Source: Azolla caroliniana (Eukaryota; Plantae; Polypodiophyta). Taken from it: a DNA stretch of 64,000 nucleotides. The position numbers were made by a program, and so were the translations under genes. The notes below the pieces were generated by a model, which was not told the DNA's origin, did no database searches, and worked only from the letters and a program-made list of their open reading frames with translations. The stretch is from the NCBI GenBank assembly GCA_043228905.1, contig JBHGNT010000007.1, positions 9,052,001 through 9,116,000 on the forward strand, given 5' to 3'. Position 1 is the first letter of the stretch. Every line of letters starts with the position of its first letter. Below are positions 48,321 to 61,100 of this stretch, one piece after another.

Positions 48321-51300
48321 TCATCCAAGTTTCTCGAAGAGAAGCGGGAGGTCGAAGGGTTTCGATGTGGATGTGGCCCGTGGTCCCAATGTAAAAGGTA
48401 CCCCAACCATAGCTTCTAGTCGACATAGCTCACGTTCCCTTATCTTCTTAATCTTTTCTACTCCGTGTCGACTTGTTTTGAAACCCAACATCCGAGGGCG
48501 TTTGGTTGTTCTTTGCATTTCGGCTTCCTCAAGAGAGAGGTCGAGCAGCGTAAGTGTATCCACATTCATCGCCTCCCCTTGTTCTTGAAAAATTACACTA
48601 GTTACAAGTTGATGAATAGTAAAAGGGTTATGGTTAACACTTTGTAATTTATTCTCCCTATGTTGTTTTAGCTCTAAAATAAACCTACCTAGTCTCTTTA
48701 CATCGAGGGTATCTAATAGTTTGGAGAGGGTGGGAGAGGGTCCTAATATGTCTTGGTATTCCACTCATATCTCGGCATAAGTTGGGCACTTGCATGTGAA
48801 GTGATACTCATCCTCTATCTCTATGTGGCACAACCTACATAACCTTTCCTCTCTAGGAACTCTATTAGCCCGACCATTCTCAATCTCAAGTTGGTGAGAT
48901 GATATCCTAAGTTGTCCAATGACCACCCTTAGTGCATTTGATAAGAATGTATCTAGATATCTTGGTCGTGTAATAAAACCTAACTGAGAGAAGTGCAAGA
49001 AGTGTTCCTTATAGTACAACATTTTAGATGGGAATGGCTCTCGTGGGTTGATCCATTTATATCGAGTGTAAAATTTGCCATATTTCTTGGCGTATCACTT
49101 TATTACGGTCTTCATGAGATATTAGAGTTTGATCAGTCCCATGGTTGTACTTAAGGGGGGGTAGGTTATTAAAGTCTATGTCGTTTGCAAGTAACCAACT
49201 CACCACAGTGCTATACCAAGAGCTAGTGTCTCCAGACGCATGTAGGGATCGGGATGCCTCAAAGGCTCGACGAGATATCCTATCTTGTGGTTGGCTATGT
49301 ATCTGATGAATAAAAACTACCACTTGAAAAAGTGTTACTACTAACATCACGGGCAAATTGAACTCTGCTCTAATAATGTAATGTGGTAATGTCAATTTGC
49401 TTCGGAGTTGACGTGATAACATTGTCACCAAAGGTCTCTCTAATTGCGTCCACATAAAAGATGGTAGACATGGAGTTCATACTACTGATGCATACATGAG
49501 GGAAGGGGTCACTAATGAGTCGAAGAGCCATCCCTTAGTTTGTGGCTCTTGAAAGTATGCCTAGTGGCATTGTCTCTCTAAGAGTGAGAGGGATGCATAC
49601 CCTCTCATTAGCCTATCTTTGGTTGCCTGGGTCATCGAGAATTTACCTGAGCGAGCACTAAAAGTGACTCCCAAGTATACATATGATCCAACTACCTCAA
49701 CTAGTTTATGAGAGAGGATTAGGTGACATTTACTCCTAACTCGGGATGATGTATGAAAGATAAGGACTTTAGTTTTTGCTAGATTCACTACCAGTCATCG
49801 TTGTGTACAAAAGTCATCTAGGGCATTAAGATGCTTTTGTAGGTCGTGTTCCGACTCCGAGAGCAAGACAATGTCGTCTGCGTCGAGTAAGAGACTAACT
49901 TGCGTATCCCCAATAACTACTCCCTTGCCTCCCTTACGAGCAATAAAATCTGTGATTTCATCAATGTAGATCCCAAAAAGAGTCGGTGATAGGGGGCAAC
50001 CCTGTTTTACACCAATGGTGCTAGTGAAACAATCGGATAGGCCATCTGGGCATCTTACGCACCCAGAGACTTGCTCATATAGGGCATAAATGGCCCAGAT
50101 CATGTCATTTGGTATCTCCAAGCTCTTAACTCTATCAAACAACTTCTCCCTAGGAACTGTGTCAAAGGCTTTGCGGAAGTCCACAAAGCAACAAGAAAGT
50201 TTCTTCTTACGAGCCTTCGTCTGGTCAATTAAGCACCTAAGTGTGAAGATATGGTCAATAGTGGAGAAGGCTCGTCTAAAGTCAGCCTGCTCAAGTGCTT
50301 GAAGACTTAATGTTTCCATATAATCGTAGTTGAGAATCAAGCTCAACTTGCTCTAGTGTGTGAACTCACCTTGAGAGTGAATAGACACTCCAACGGTCAA
50401 GAGTCACCATTATGTCACCTCTTTGTATTCTAGCATTTAGTATGAGTCATAGAATCATATTCTATGACACATAACTTATGAGCTTTCACATTCCCCATGC
50501 TCCATGAGTCTTGTAGTTAATGAAGAGAGAGGGTGACTATATAAAGCACCCTCCTCCCACCTTGTATCGTGTTGAGTCTTTCTCCTTTGTTAATATACTT
50601 TACCTTGCGTATTCTCTGTGTCTTACTCCTTGTCTCTCTCTCTCTCTCATACACACACACACAGAGTTCATATCTATTCCGTTACACAAGAATCATACCT
50701 GATTCTTTACAATCGTTGAGCTCCGCTTCCATTACCGCACCATATAATTTGGCGAGCATATGACCTATCATAATGGTCCTATATGTATTTGGGTCCATTG
50801 GGTCCCCTCCTTTATGTATAGGGGCCATTGTGTTCATGGTCCATTGTGGTGGAAAACCCTCAGCGAGGGCGTGGTTGAAGATTAGAGTGAGAAAGGGGGC
50901 TAGGCACTCTCGAGCATATATGATGTGCTCGGCTCACAATCTTGCGTGGTCCATGGATTTCCTATGTTGTAATTCTTTTATGACCTTTGTGACCCTAGAG
51001 GTCGTGAAAAGTGTCCCCATGGTAGGTCGAGGTGTGGAAGGCATTGGAATGGGTGGTTGGTTCGGGACATGGTAGAGTCTCTCAATATATGTGTGCCAAA
51101 TATTGGGATCCTCGATGGGTGTTTGTGGTCGCGGTTCCCGTAGTCTCTTCCATGCAAGGGCGCAAACCCTACTCATGAGCATCTGGTAGAGTTCCCAATA
51201 TTGAGATGCTTCCCAAGCTCGTCTTTTATGACGTGTCATCTTGTGCATCTCTTTATGATCCTGTACTGAGGAAATAGTACCACTAAGTCGCGACACTTTA

Positions 51301-53225
51301 AGTTTTCTATACAACTCTCTACAATCCTCGTCATACCACTTTTTTGTGCCATAGACCCTATTCTACTATGATCAGAGTGTTTCGTGTATGGGAAGCTACT
51401 AATTGTTGTTGAGTGAAGTATGTGTGCGAGTTCTATAGTGAGGTTCTCAAAAGGCAAGGAAGAATCAAAAGAGGAGAGATGGGCTTGAACATGTCGGGAG
51501 TAGATGTCAGCGATCTCATGCGTGAAATGTATTATGGTGTGATGGTTTGGTTGACTAGAGTTGGTGGTGTGGGAGGTGTCGCATTTTAGCTCAAAGTATA
51601 GGAAGCTATGGTTTGCACCAATGGGACATGGGGCCACTCGGAAGGAGTTAACCATGTCGGTAGCTTTAGGGCGTCCTATTAGGTAATCAACTATGCTTTC
51701 CCCTCCTCCAAGTGGGAAACATGTGAGCGCTTTCGAGCCCGGCCACTTGGCTAAGCCATTATATATGATCATCTGGTGTCGGCTTCCAAGTTCAAGCAGA
51801 TGATGGCCAAAGCTTGTGGCGTCTGCACCTTGATCCTTTGATGTACGCGTTATGTCTAAGTCTAAAGGGTCGACATTCACTATTTCTAGGTTTCTATCCA
51901 TCTAAAATATTGTGCATTGTCGGGATTGGGTTCTCGCATTGAAATTTCCTACAAGGAAGACTTCCCTCCCCTTGAGAAGAATATCGAATTATGTCATCCA
52001 ATAAAGGTTTGTATGGAGAAGGCCCATGTGGTGTTCCTTCATCAACTATACTCGCCTCTCCAGCCATATTATACCGGGATCCTTTCGGGGGGGAGTAACA
52101 AACGGCGATAAATATCGCCCGATCCTTGCTAGTGAGGACTTTCACCCACATAAAACGGGCTTCTAGGTCTTTCTTTAGTATTTCTATCCTATCATGTATC
52201 TCTCTCCAAAATAGTATCACAACCCCTCCAGACCCTCTAGTGGTATGTCAACGTGAGGTTTGTCTAAAGACAGATTCCCAACGAAAACTGTCAACTCTTG
52301 GCAGTCCTCGATTTGGACTCTGATGTGTTTCTACTAAAAAAAAGTATGCAAGATACCTTCAAAATCTCCTCTAGATGGTCAGGGTGTGTCCAAAGTGCAC
52401 CGTTACAGTTCCATAAAGTCATCCTAAGTTTATTGTCTATCACATGGGCCACACACTGTCAATTGGCAACGTGATCATTTATTATCACACATTCGTCTCG
52501 GTAAAAAGCACGATGCCCCTCTTTACGAGCTTGTATGACTCATGACATACAAGTTTTACGATGCTCAATTTGCATCTTGGTCAGGTCTTCATCGAGGTAG
52601 ATAGGGTCCCTGCCCAATCCTCGAAGAATTTGTCTCTTTTTAAAAAATGCGATTTTAGATTTGGAGTCCTTAAACTGAAGGTCCAAAGCTCTTTTCCTAG
52701 TGGTGTCATGTCCTACCCTCTAAGTTTTAGTGATTGGTAGGGCTTCGTACCCCAACATTTCCCCTAATGTTTGTGCATCTTCATCGGGAGATGCCCCTTC
52801 CTTGAGCCCAGTAACTCATACATTTATGCGTCGAGCTTGACTCATTTTTTCCTCCTCAAGGGTAGTGTTTACAATATTTTCATTGTTTAGTTCCTTTTTA
52901 ATATTACGTTTTACTACATCAACCCACCTAGTTTTTGCTAATTCCATATCACTTTTAACCTCTTCCTTAACCTTTTTGATCTCGTCCTTAATATCCTCTA
53001 GGGAAGATATTTCACCATCTTCCCTAGATATCTCAAGGTCCTTAACTTGTTTCTGAAGGTTCGCGTTGTCTACTTTAAGTTTCGTTATTTCGGCAATAAG
53101 CACTTCTTTTTCTTCCTTATTATAATTTCTTCGTGTGTTTCCTTATGGTTTCTTCTAGAAGTCATGTTGTAATTCAAAAGATAAAAGAAAGAAAAGACAA
53201 AAATGACAGAAAACTTAGCCGAGCA
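48321..53225 (-). mobile_element. Near full-length degraded LINE, RTE-X-like (ORF1 about 53165-52460; ORF2 APE-RT-Zn finger about 52422-48321)
   Basis: APE motifs (WNCNG, VETH, SGGV, GNFNAR, ESIVDY); RT motifs (FVDFRKAFDTV, GVKQGCPLSPTLF, DADDIV); C-terminus LRISSHQLEIENGR...RLCRLC...EDEYHF..KC..Y; coiled-coil ORF1. Confidence 0.88.
50328..50711 (+). mobile_element. Solo LTR of the copia Y family inserted in the LINE RT
   Basis: (A)GTTGAGAATCAAGC...GATTCTTTACA; TSD ATCGT at 50323-50327 and 50712-50716; removal restores LINE frame EAELND|YMET. Confidence 0.93.
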
Positions 53226-53539
53226 TCGGTGCCTTGGGCGCTAGGTACAAGTGTAGAAGCACATTTATACTCTTTCGTTTATCAACCGACGACGTCGTCA
53301 GAGAAGTGTAGGTGACAGCGGCGGTCGACAACGATAACAACGGCAACGACTACAAACCAAATGACAACGGCGACAAACGACGACAGCGACAAGCAACTGC
53401 GATGATAGACGAGGACAGAGGATGGGGACAACAGACGGCGGCGGTGGCAGCATACATATGTATGACATACATATGTCCTGGTTTATGGACTTGGGCTGTC
53501 CGGCCAAGAAGGCCATGCTACCTACCGTGTGAAACCGAT

Positions 53540-53583
53540 TTCTCTCTCTCTCTTTCTCTCTCTTTCTCTGGCAAAGGAAGGAA

Positions 53584-53623
<40 letters not shown>

Positions 53624-53712
53624 ACACACACACACACAAGAGACGAAGAAACAGAGAAGAAGAAGAAGAAGAAGAAGAAGAAGAAGAAGAAGAATCAGAG
53701 AGAGAGAGAGAG
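53540..53712. repeat. Compound microsatellites (CT)n, (AC)n, (GAA)n, (GA)n upstream of LD
   Basis: Seen directly in sequence. Confidence 0.95.
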
Positions 53713-53891
53713 ACGAAAGAAAGACTACGAACAGACAAGCGCAACGACGCAGAGGTTTTTGGCAGCCCTTCAGATCTGTATCCATTAGAACATGCACAGA
53801 AAAACATCCCCCCTCTTCTTCATAGCTTTATCTTCCTCAATGCCCTCTGTATAAAATTTATATACTTTCTTTTATATCTATCTATCTATCT

Positions 53892-55155
53892 ATGATCTCA
53901 ACAGAAGCAGATATGGCGGAAATCTCTATTCAACCTAATTTCAACACCACCACCACCAATAACAGCAACAATAACAACATCAATAGTAGCAACAATAGCC
54001 ACAATTATAACAATGGCTATGGTGAAGCTCTGAAGCTCGGAAGAGATGGTTTTGAAAGCCTTTTGGAAGCTCAAAGAGAATTGATTCATTCACAGCTGAA
54101 AGATCTGCAGAAGCTCGCACTTCGACAATGTCAGATCACTGGGACGAATCCTTTGGCTCAGGAAATGGTTAGATGTCCACGCACGCACACGTGCACATTT
54201 AATATTCCTTTTTTCCCACATGTCGTTTCTGTTATTTAGTAGGAAATTAGGGCTAGGGCTAGGGGTATGGCTTTAGGGATTTCGTAATATCTCGTGAGCC
54301 TTAGTTTGATAGAATATCAGGTTTCTGTCTAAATTATTTGCTTTGTCGTTTGGGCCTTAGTTTGGTAGAGAATTAAGTTTTTCTTTTATTTCAAGAAAGA
54401 AATGGTTTTGCTGATATGGACTTTTTGGGTTTTCGTCTGACCCTCTTGCCTCAGAAAGGATTTGTCTAATAGAAGAAGTAAGATTTTTGTTACGGTTTGA
54501 CGAATTGTTAGATATGTACATATATTCTTTTTACCCCTTTTTGTCTGATTTGAATTTGGATGGGAAATCAGAGATAGGGTTTCGAATCGAGAAATGGTTA
54601 GTGCAATAAGAAGTTTCCATCTATCAAAACGTTAGTCCTAGGAAAAAGCTCATCTCTTACATATAAATATGATGCTTGTTGAATAAGCAAGGCAAATTCA
54701 TCTTGTGATCTATACAGGATTTAGAAAGAATGCCAATGTTCATGGGGGATATGAACACATGAATACAATATCTTCAATAACAAATCTCTTCCAATAAAAA
54801 AGGGCATGCTGAATTAGCTCTTGTACTGGAAAATTGCTCATGAAATTCAATACTGATATATATACATGTGCTGGTTCTAAATGAAAACTAAATGTCGATG
54901 AATTTGGACAAACATGTCATGATACCAACAAAGGTGTTAGGGTAATTTATTATGAATTATCTCAGTCAGATGTGCTTTAAAATTTTTAAATTGAGAGTAC
55001 TCTCTAGTTCTTGGTTACGTTCCCACAACTGTATATACTATGGATACCACATAACCAACAAAAGTGCCATTACCACAGTTTCCCTATTGAAATTTTGAAA
55101 ATTGAGAGTGGTTTGCAAATCTAGGTTATCCTACCATACATGCACATACAATAGG

Positions 55156-55196
<41 letters not shown>

Positions 55197-58100
55197 ACCA
55201 TAAGTTGAAAGAAAAGCAGTTCGAGTCTGGTTAGTTGAGATGCAATGGAAGGAGAAATAAGTCCATCCCATAATTTCACATACATAGAAGATGCATTATC
55301 AAATTTTAAGAATGTATGGGGCTCCAATTGTGAACATTGCAATGGGAAGAACCAGCAAGAGCAAAGAGATGATTAAAGAGTCACCAAAACTCTTTGTTTA
55401 GATATTAAATTTGTATTGCAATCACATTTGAAATGGTCATGTTTAGCAAAAAAATTTAAAATCTATATCAGAATCTAATGATACTTGGACATTTGGAACT
55501 AAAATACAATTTATGAGAAATATAAGAAGGAATTTTGTTAGACAAGTATAAACTGACGTATGAAAAAATCTTACTAAGATAAGGTAGAACATTATAATTT
55601 TATCAGTGCCTTTTCATATTTCTGCAGTTGATACAGTTCTTTCATACTTGGGCTTATGTTTTCGTATCTGGGAGTCTGTTTTTCACCAATTTCTCCTTCA
55701 TAAGAGATCTGTTCTTACAAGTTTATGCATTCGTCTATGGAAGTAGAGGATGCCAAGAATAGAGGGGATAATTTCTGCACGGCAATCCTGACTAGATAAA
55801 GCTAGAATTCCATTAGTTTTTAGGTTATTTGTGATTTTCTTCCTGCATGCGAGAGTTGAGTCTCGACTGTCTCACCTGCCCTGGATGTAGTCGTGACATA
55901 TTGTTATCAGGATGTATATTCTGCTTCCTTTCATTTCTTAGTTTGTTTAGTTTTTTTATCCTTATTTTTAAAGTGTAGAAATATCTGATAGTCTCTATAT
56001 GGTTTGCAGGCAGCGGCTGTTCTGGGCCAAAATATGGGTAAGTGGCTACTTGCTACACAGAGAAAGGAGCAATTCTCCTTTACTTTCTGAAGGCATTATC
56101 TTCATAGACATTGGGAGGTTGATTATAATCTACCGTCCTGAATATCAGGGCTCATAAAGATCAGAACTGAAGTTTAGAACAATCACATATATTTCCATTG
56201 TTTTCTTGGGTCCAACGTTGTGAGCTTTCTAGTTGAAATCCCACAATTGCTTGGTAGTTCTATATTTGCTGGTGTACTTTTATTCATGTTTTCTGGCAAG
56301 GTTAATTTACACACCTACACTTAAAGGTTATGGTGTGTAAAATGATTTCATTTTTCATTGTCGATTCTTTTGCTCTGGTACTTGTTCACACTGAGATATA
56401 ATTAAAAATATTGCTTTTGCAAATGGTATATTTAGTATATCTGTATTAGAGTCTGTGTTCTTAAGTATTCGTTAGATCTTTTCTATGCGTGCCTTTTGCC
56501 CTTTTAGTTTTTGTTACTATAAGATTGCTGCTTCTTTAATTTTTCTAATTTGAGATTGCATTATGACCACATTTTCTGTACTTTGATGCTATTTCTGTGG
56601 GTCACATATTGAATGTTTTGCTGATATCTCCAGGTAAAAAAACTGGTGAAACTTTTACACCAAAGGCATTGAAATGTCTATACAATGTCTTTTCAATTAA
56701 GGACACTATTACAAAAAAGGAGGCTCGAGATATTAGCGCATTAACTGGAGCCACTGTAACTCAGGTTTCTTTTATTGTAATAGTTCTTCATAATTCTGTA
56801 ATATATATGACTGAAAGCAAACCATTATTTGATCTGTTTTATATTTTCCAGGTTAGAGAATTCTTTGCTGGACAGAGAGCGCGTGTCAGAAAAGTTCTCC
56901 AACTGTCTCATGGGGAGCGCACTAATGATCCATCTTCATTAACTTTAGATGTAGAACTGCCAATAGATGGTGCACATGAGAGCAGCGATACAAAGTTATT
57001 GTCGATTCCAAAAGTAGATGCCCAAGATTCTTACATTTGGCTATCAAATGCACTCCAGCAAAAAATAGATGGAAAGGAGCTGTCTTCGGCTGAAAAGGCA
57101 GAGAAGCTCATCAATGCTATGCGGAAGGAGAAAACATTTATGGGGCAAAGTCAACTTGCAGAAATAATTCTGCAAGCACATAGAGCTGTCTTGCGCTGGT
57201 ATAGGTCAATAATCCTTATCACTTAATAAATATATATGAATTTAAGGACTAAGTGCTAGGAATGATACTGGTGTGCATATGATGAGGAAAAAGAGCATTT
57301 TTAAATGTCTTGTGATGGCTTTTAAGGACTAAATGCTATTGATTAAACACATTAAACAATAGTCTATGATGTAACTGTAATGATGAAATTCATGAAAACC
57401 TATGGTTCAAGCTCATATGTTCAATGCCACTATAGTAACTTTCTATTGTTTGTTTATCTATTGATCGTATTTGATTATCCTTTTCAGTTGCTAGATCAAA
57501 TTTATGTTTTGAGCCTAGTAAGCACTCCTACTAATCACATTGAAGGAGATGGCAGCATTTATCCAGGCTATCTATGACAAAGTTCTCTATCATTGGACTT
57601 CTTTCTTTCTTTTATTCCCACTCTCACATTGTTCTATATGTGTCTTTGATGATGCTTCCTTGTGTGATTGTGCTTATGTAGCTCACAATTATTTACTGTT
57701 TATAATAATACATGCTGCATAATTGAGGTCTTCTTGCTTGCATAATTGATGTAAATTCTTTGGTGAATAGAGTGGCCTATGTTGAGATCAGAACAATTAA
57801 GTGTAAGTGTTGTAATGCTATGTGGTACGTTGATGCCAGAATGTAGTCTGAAATTTGAAACACTAATGTTAAAACATAGAGTAGTATTGTTTGGTAGCTG
57901 ATGAGAACCATAGTGCAGAGAAATGCTGTTTACCCACAGAATGAAATGTGGTGAAATTATTTTGTTGAAATTTTTTGTTTGAGATTGTTACACAGTGATT
58001 TTCTGTTCTCTCCTTTACTCTTTTTCCTAGCACACTTTATTTTCCTGTTTTACTAAATATCAGAGGGTTTACATTTTCCATTCCTCTCTTCATGGTATAC

Positions 58101-61100
58101 AGTGCAATACGACTCTCCTCTCTTTCCTGCAATTTCTAGCATTTGCCCCAAATGTTTTTGTCCCACTTACCCAATCTGTGAAATTTCTTTTTGCTCCATT
58201 CTAGCACCGTGGATAAAGATGTCTAGTGGTGGTAGGCAACAATATTAAAAATTTCAATAATTTTAAAGCTAGTTATGTTTTAAGTTACTATATTTAAATA
58301 TATGTGATGGTCTGGACTGGCACTAATGTATGTTAACCCTGTATTTCCTCATTTTCCCTGTTTGTAGAAACTCCCTCTTACTGTATCCCATTCTCCCATC
58401 CCGAACTGTACACACACCCTAAGATTCCATATTCCAACTAAATGATTTGAAGTATTTCTTGTGAGTGCTTCAGCTCTGAAATAAAGTTCAGTAGGTGGCT
58501 TGAACATAATCTGGATGTGCTTGCTGGAAGATAATTAATTGTATTCATTTGAGCTTCTGCTGTTGTTGCTAATATTGTTTGATGACAGTATGATGGCCAG
58601 GGGTGGTTTGCAGCAGATCACCAAGTGGTTGATGCAAGCTTCTATGGAGGAACAAACTAGTCTTATACGTGTTCTACTGAAGGTGCATTTTCCTTTGAAA
58701 TTTGGCCATTGTATTTTTTACTGTTATCAATGTGACATTTTGGAATTAATGGTTTCAGCATAAGTGAAGCACCGGTGTGATATATTGGCTTAATATGTTC
58801 TGCCTGCAGGCACTGAACCAGTTTCCGCTTGGATCCACTTTACCGAGGCAGATGTCATTGCTTCTGCAGACTATCAATAAGTTGCGGTTTCACAGGGCGC
58901 CAGGTAGTTTATTCCTTATATTCCTTTCTTTCATTGTTTAATGGTGATGAGCTAATATGATTGGTACGGGTACTTTTCTAAATGTATCGGTGAAGATCAG
59001 ATGTTGCTAGCTGTGCACGATCTCTGCTTTCACGATGGAGCAAATTTTTGAAGACTCCTCAGAATGGAAAGATAGCCCCATCTACAGGCAATGCTTCTTT
59101 CTTCAGGGGTCTTATGTGCATATGTGGATCTAGCATTTGTGGTTTCTTTTTCATTCTGCATTATTTTTATTTATTTTAAAATGATTCCTTTCAAAGGTTT
59201 CATTTTACTTCAAAGTTTATCTAGATGAATAGGAAGTGCAGAGTTCTTGAGTGATATATAAAATAAAAATTTGGGACGGTATATGTGAGTCAGGTGAGTG
59301 GATCTTTGATCAATGTGAGACTATATCATCTTAAACATGCATGGCCTATCCATGAAATACAACTTGAATTGGAAAAAAAACTGAGAAAAAATTCCTACTG
59401 TCATAAGCTGCTGGCGTGTTATACACAACTATAGACTTCTAACATCTGAGGGAGAATCTCAGTAAGTCACAATCAATGATAAACTGAATAGCATAAGAGA
59501 ACTAGCACTAAACTCGGAAGGACTGATATAAATGTAGAGCAAATTCTAGCACGAATCTAGAAGATGGTTGACAAAAGGTTTAAATGATAATTATCATCAA
59601 TCAGCAAACCTTTGATTCATATAAGAGCTTTCAAGAAATATGTAACAGCAAAATAATTTAAAGATCAAGAGAGATGTACCACAAAGAGGGCACTGCCAAA
59701 CGTAATCACATATTATAAGAGATTCAAACTAAATATGTTAGATTGAAAGTGAAGTGACCCTATCTACCTATACAAATGAACTGAGAATTTACAAATTATT
59801 GACAGCAAAGTTTAACATATCTATGAAGGAAACCAGAAAGAGCAACTCACCCAGACAGGTTGCAACTGGAAGGCTATGACAAATATTAGAACAAATTGCA
59901 CAATAATGCTACAAAGATAACCACTAATGGGAAATAGAAAAGTCCTTCAGTGTCTCTCAAATCATAAATAAAACTAACTTAAACTAGCAGATCTAATATC
60001 AACTGAAAATTGTCTATGGTGGTCATAGTAGACAAGTAAAAACAAGACAGCCTTGATTCCCCTAAGAAATAAAAAAATGCGCACATACACGTCCATATAT
60101 TTAATTATCCAGAATAGTAATATGGCAAGGTTTTCAGCTCAAAATTTGAAAAGTGTAAGATTTGTTGGTTAATTCTCTCCATGATTGCAGTCTACATAGG
60201 TATCTTTTGAGCATGTGTTAAATTTTGTGAGAGCTCCTCCCTTGGTGCAATGAATATTCAAGAATGCACTAGCTCTGGAGATAAGGGAATAAATACTATA
60301 CACTAGAGCATCATCTCATTTTCAGTATATCATACTTTGTGTTGTCTTATGATTCACTGTTGGGGTCTAAGGGGTAGTGGCAATTTCTGGGAACCCTTTT
60401 AATTTGTAGCCAAGAGTTTACATGTCTGGCATGCATTCATTTTTTAAACAGATTGAAAACCCTGAGAAAATATTTGGAAAAGTAAAACAATTAAATAAAA
60501 TAATTAAAAAGGTAATGAATGCAAAAATAAATAAAAGCAAAATGCTCCAGACAAATAACAAAAGCAAAACATTGCAGAGAAACGTTTCTTCAAACTTTTT
60601 AGAAATGTGGGAATTGGTTTGGTTTTTAGACATGGGTCAAAAAAGGTGTTTCCTCCAGGTTTTCTGAAGGTGTCCAAAGAAGATTTCTTTTGCATGAAAA
60701 GGGTGTAACTTGAAACCACTGACAAGAGAATTCAACAGCTCAATTACAAAAATCATGGACAATACATTATTGTGTATTTAGTCACTTAAAAATGTGGCAC
60801 TTTGCTAGAGATGGAAAACTCTGGAAAGGGTGAAGTGCTGATTTAAACTTGTTAAACATGCTTGTGGATCAAGTAATTTTGTAGGTTCTTTTGAGTATAA
60901 TTCATGGATATTCTCTCTGAAAATTCAAGATTTACTAATGACGTCAAATTTGCAAAAATGCAGGGTCAGCTGAAAGGGCATTTACCCTGGCACTATGCAT
61001 TTTATTTTATTTGTGTTACATATACTATATACATATAACGTGTATAATATTTACATAGGTTTCTATGCGGTATGTTTATGTGCATTGTTTCTCCATCATT

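Noticed and set aside
53298-53825. ORFs with poly-S/CV/HT/K tracts
   Set aside because: Translations of microsatellites upstream of LD.
60060-60990. Possible DNA-transposon remnant in LD intron 7
   Set aside because: Composition is suggestive, but I could not identify terminal inverted repeats or a TSD.
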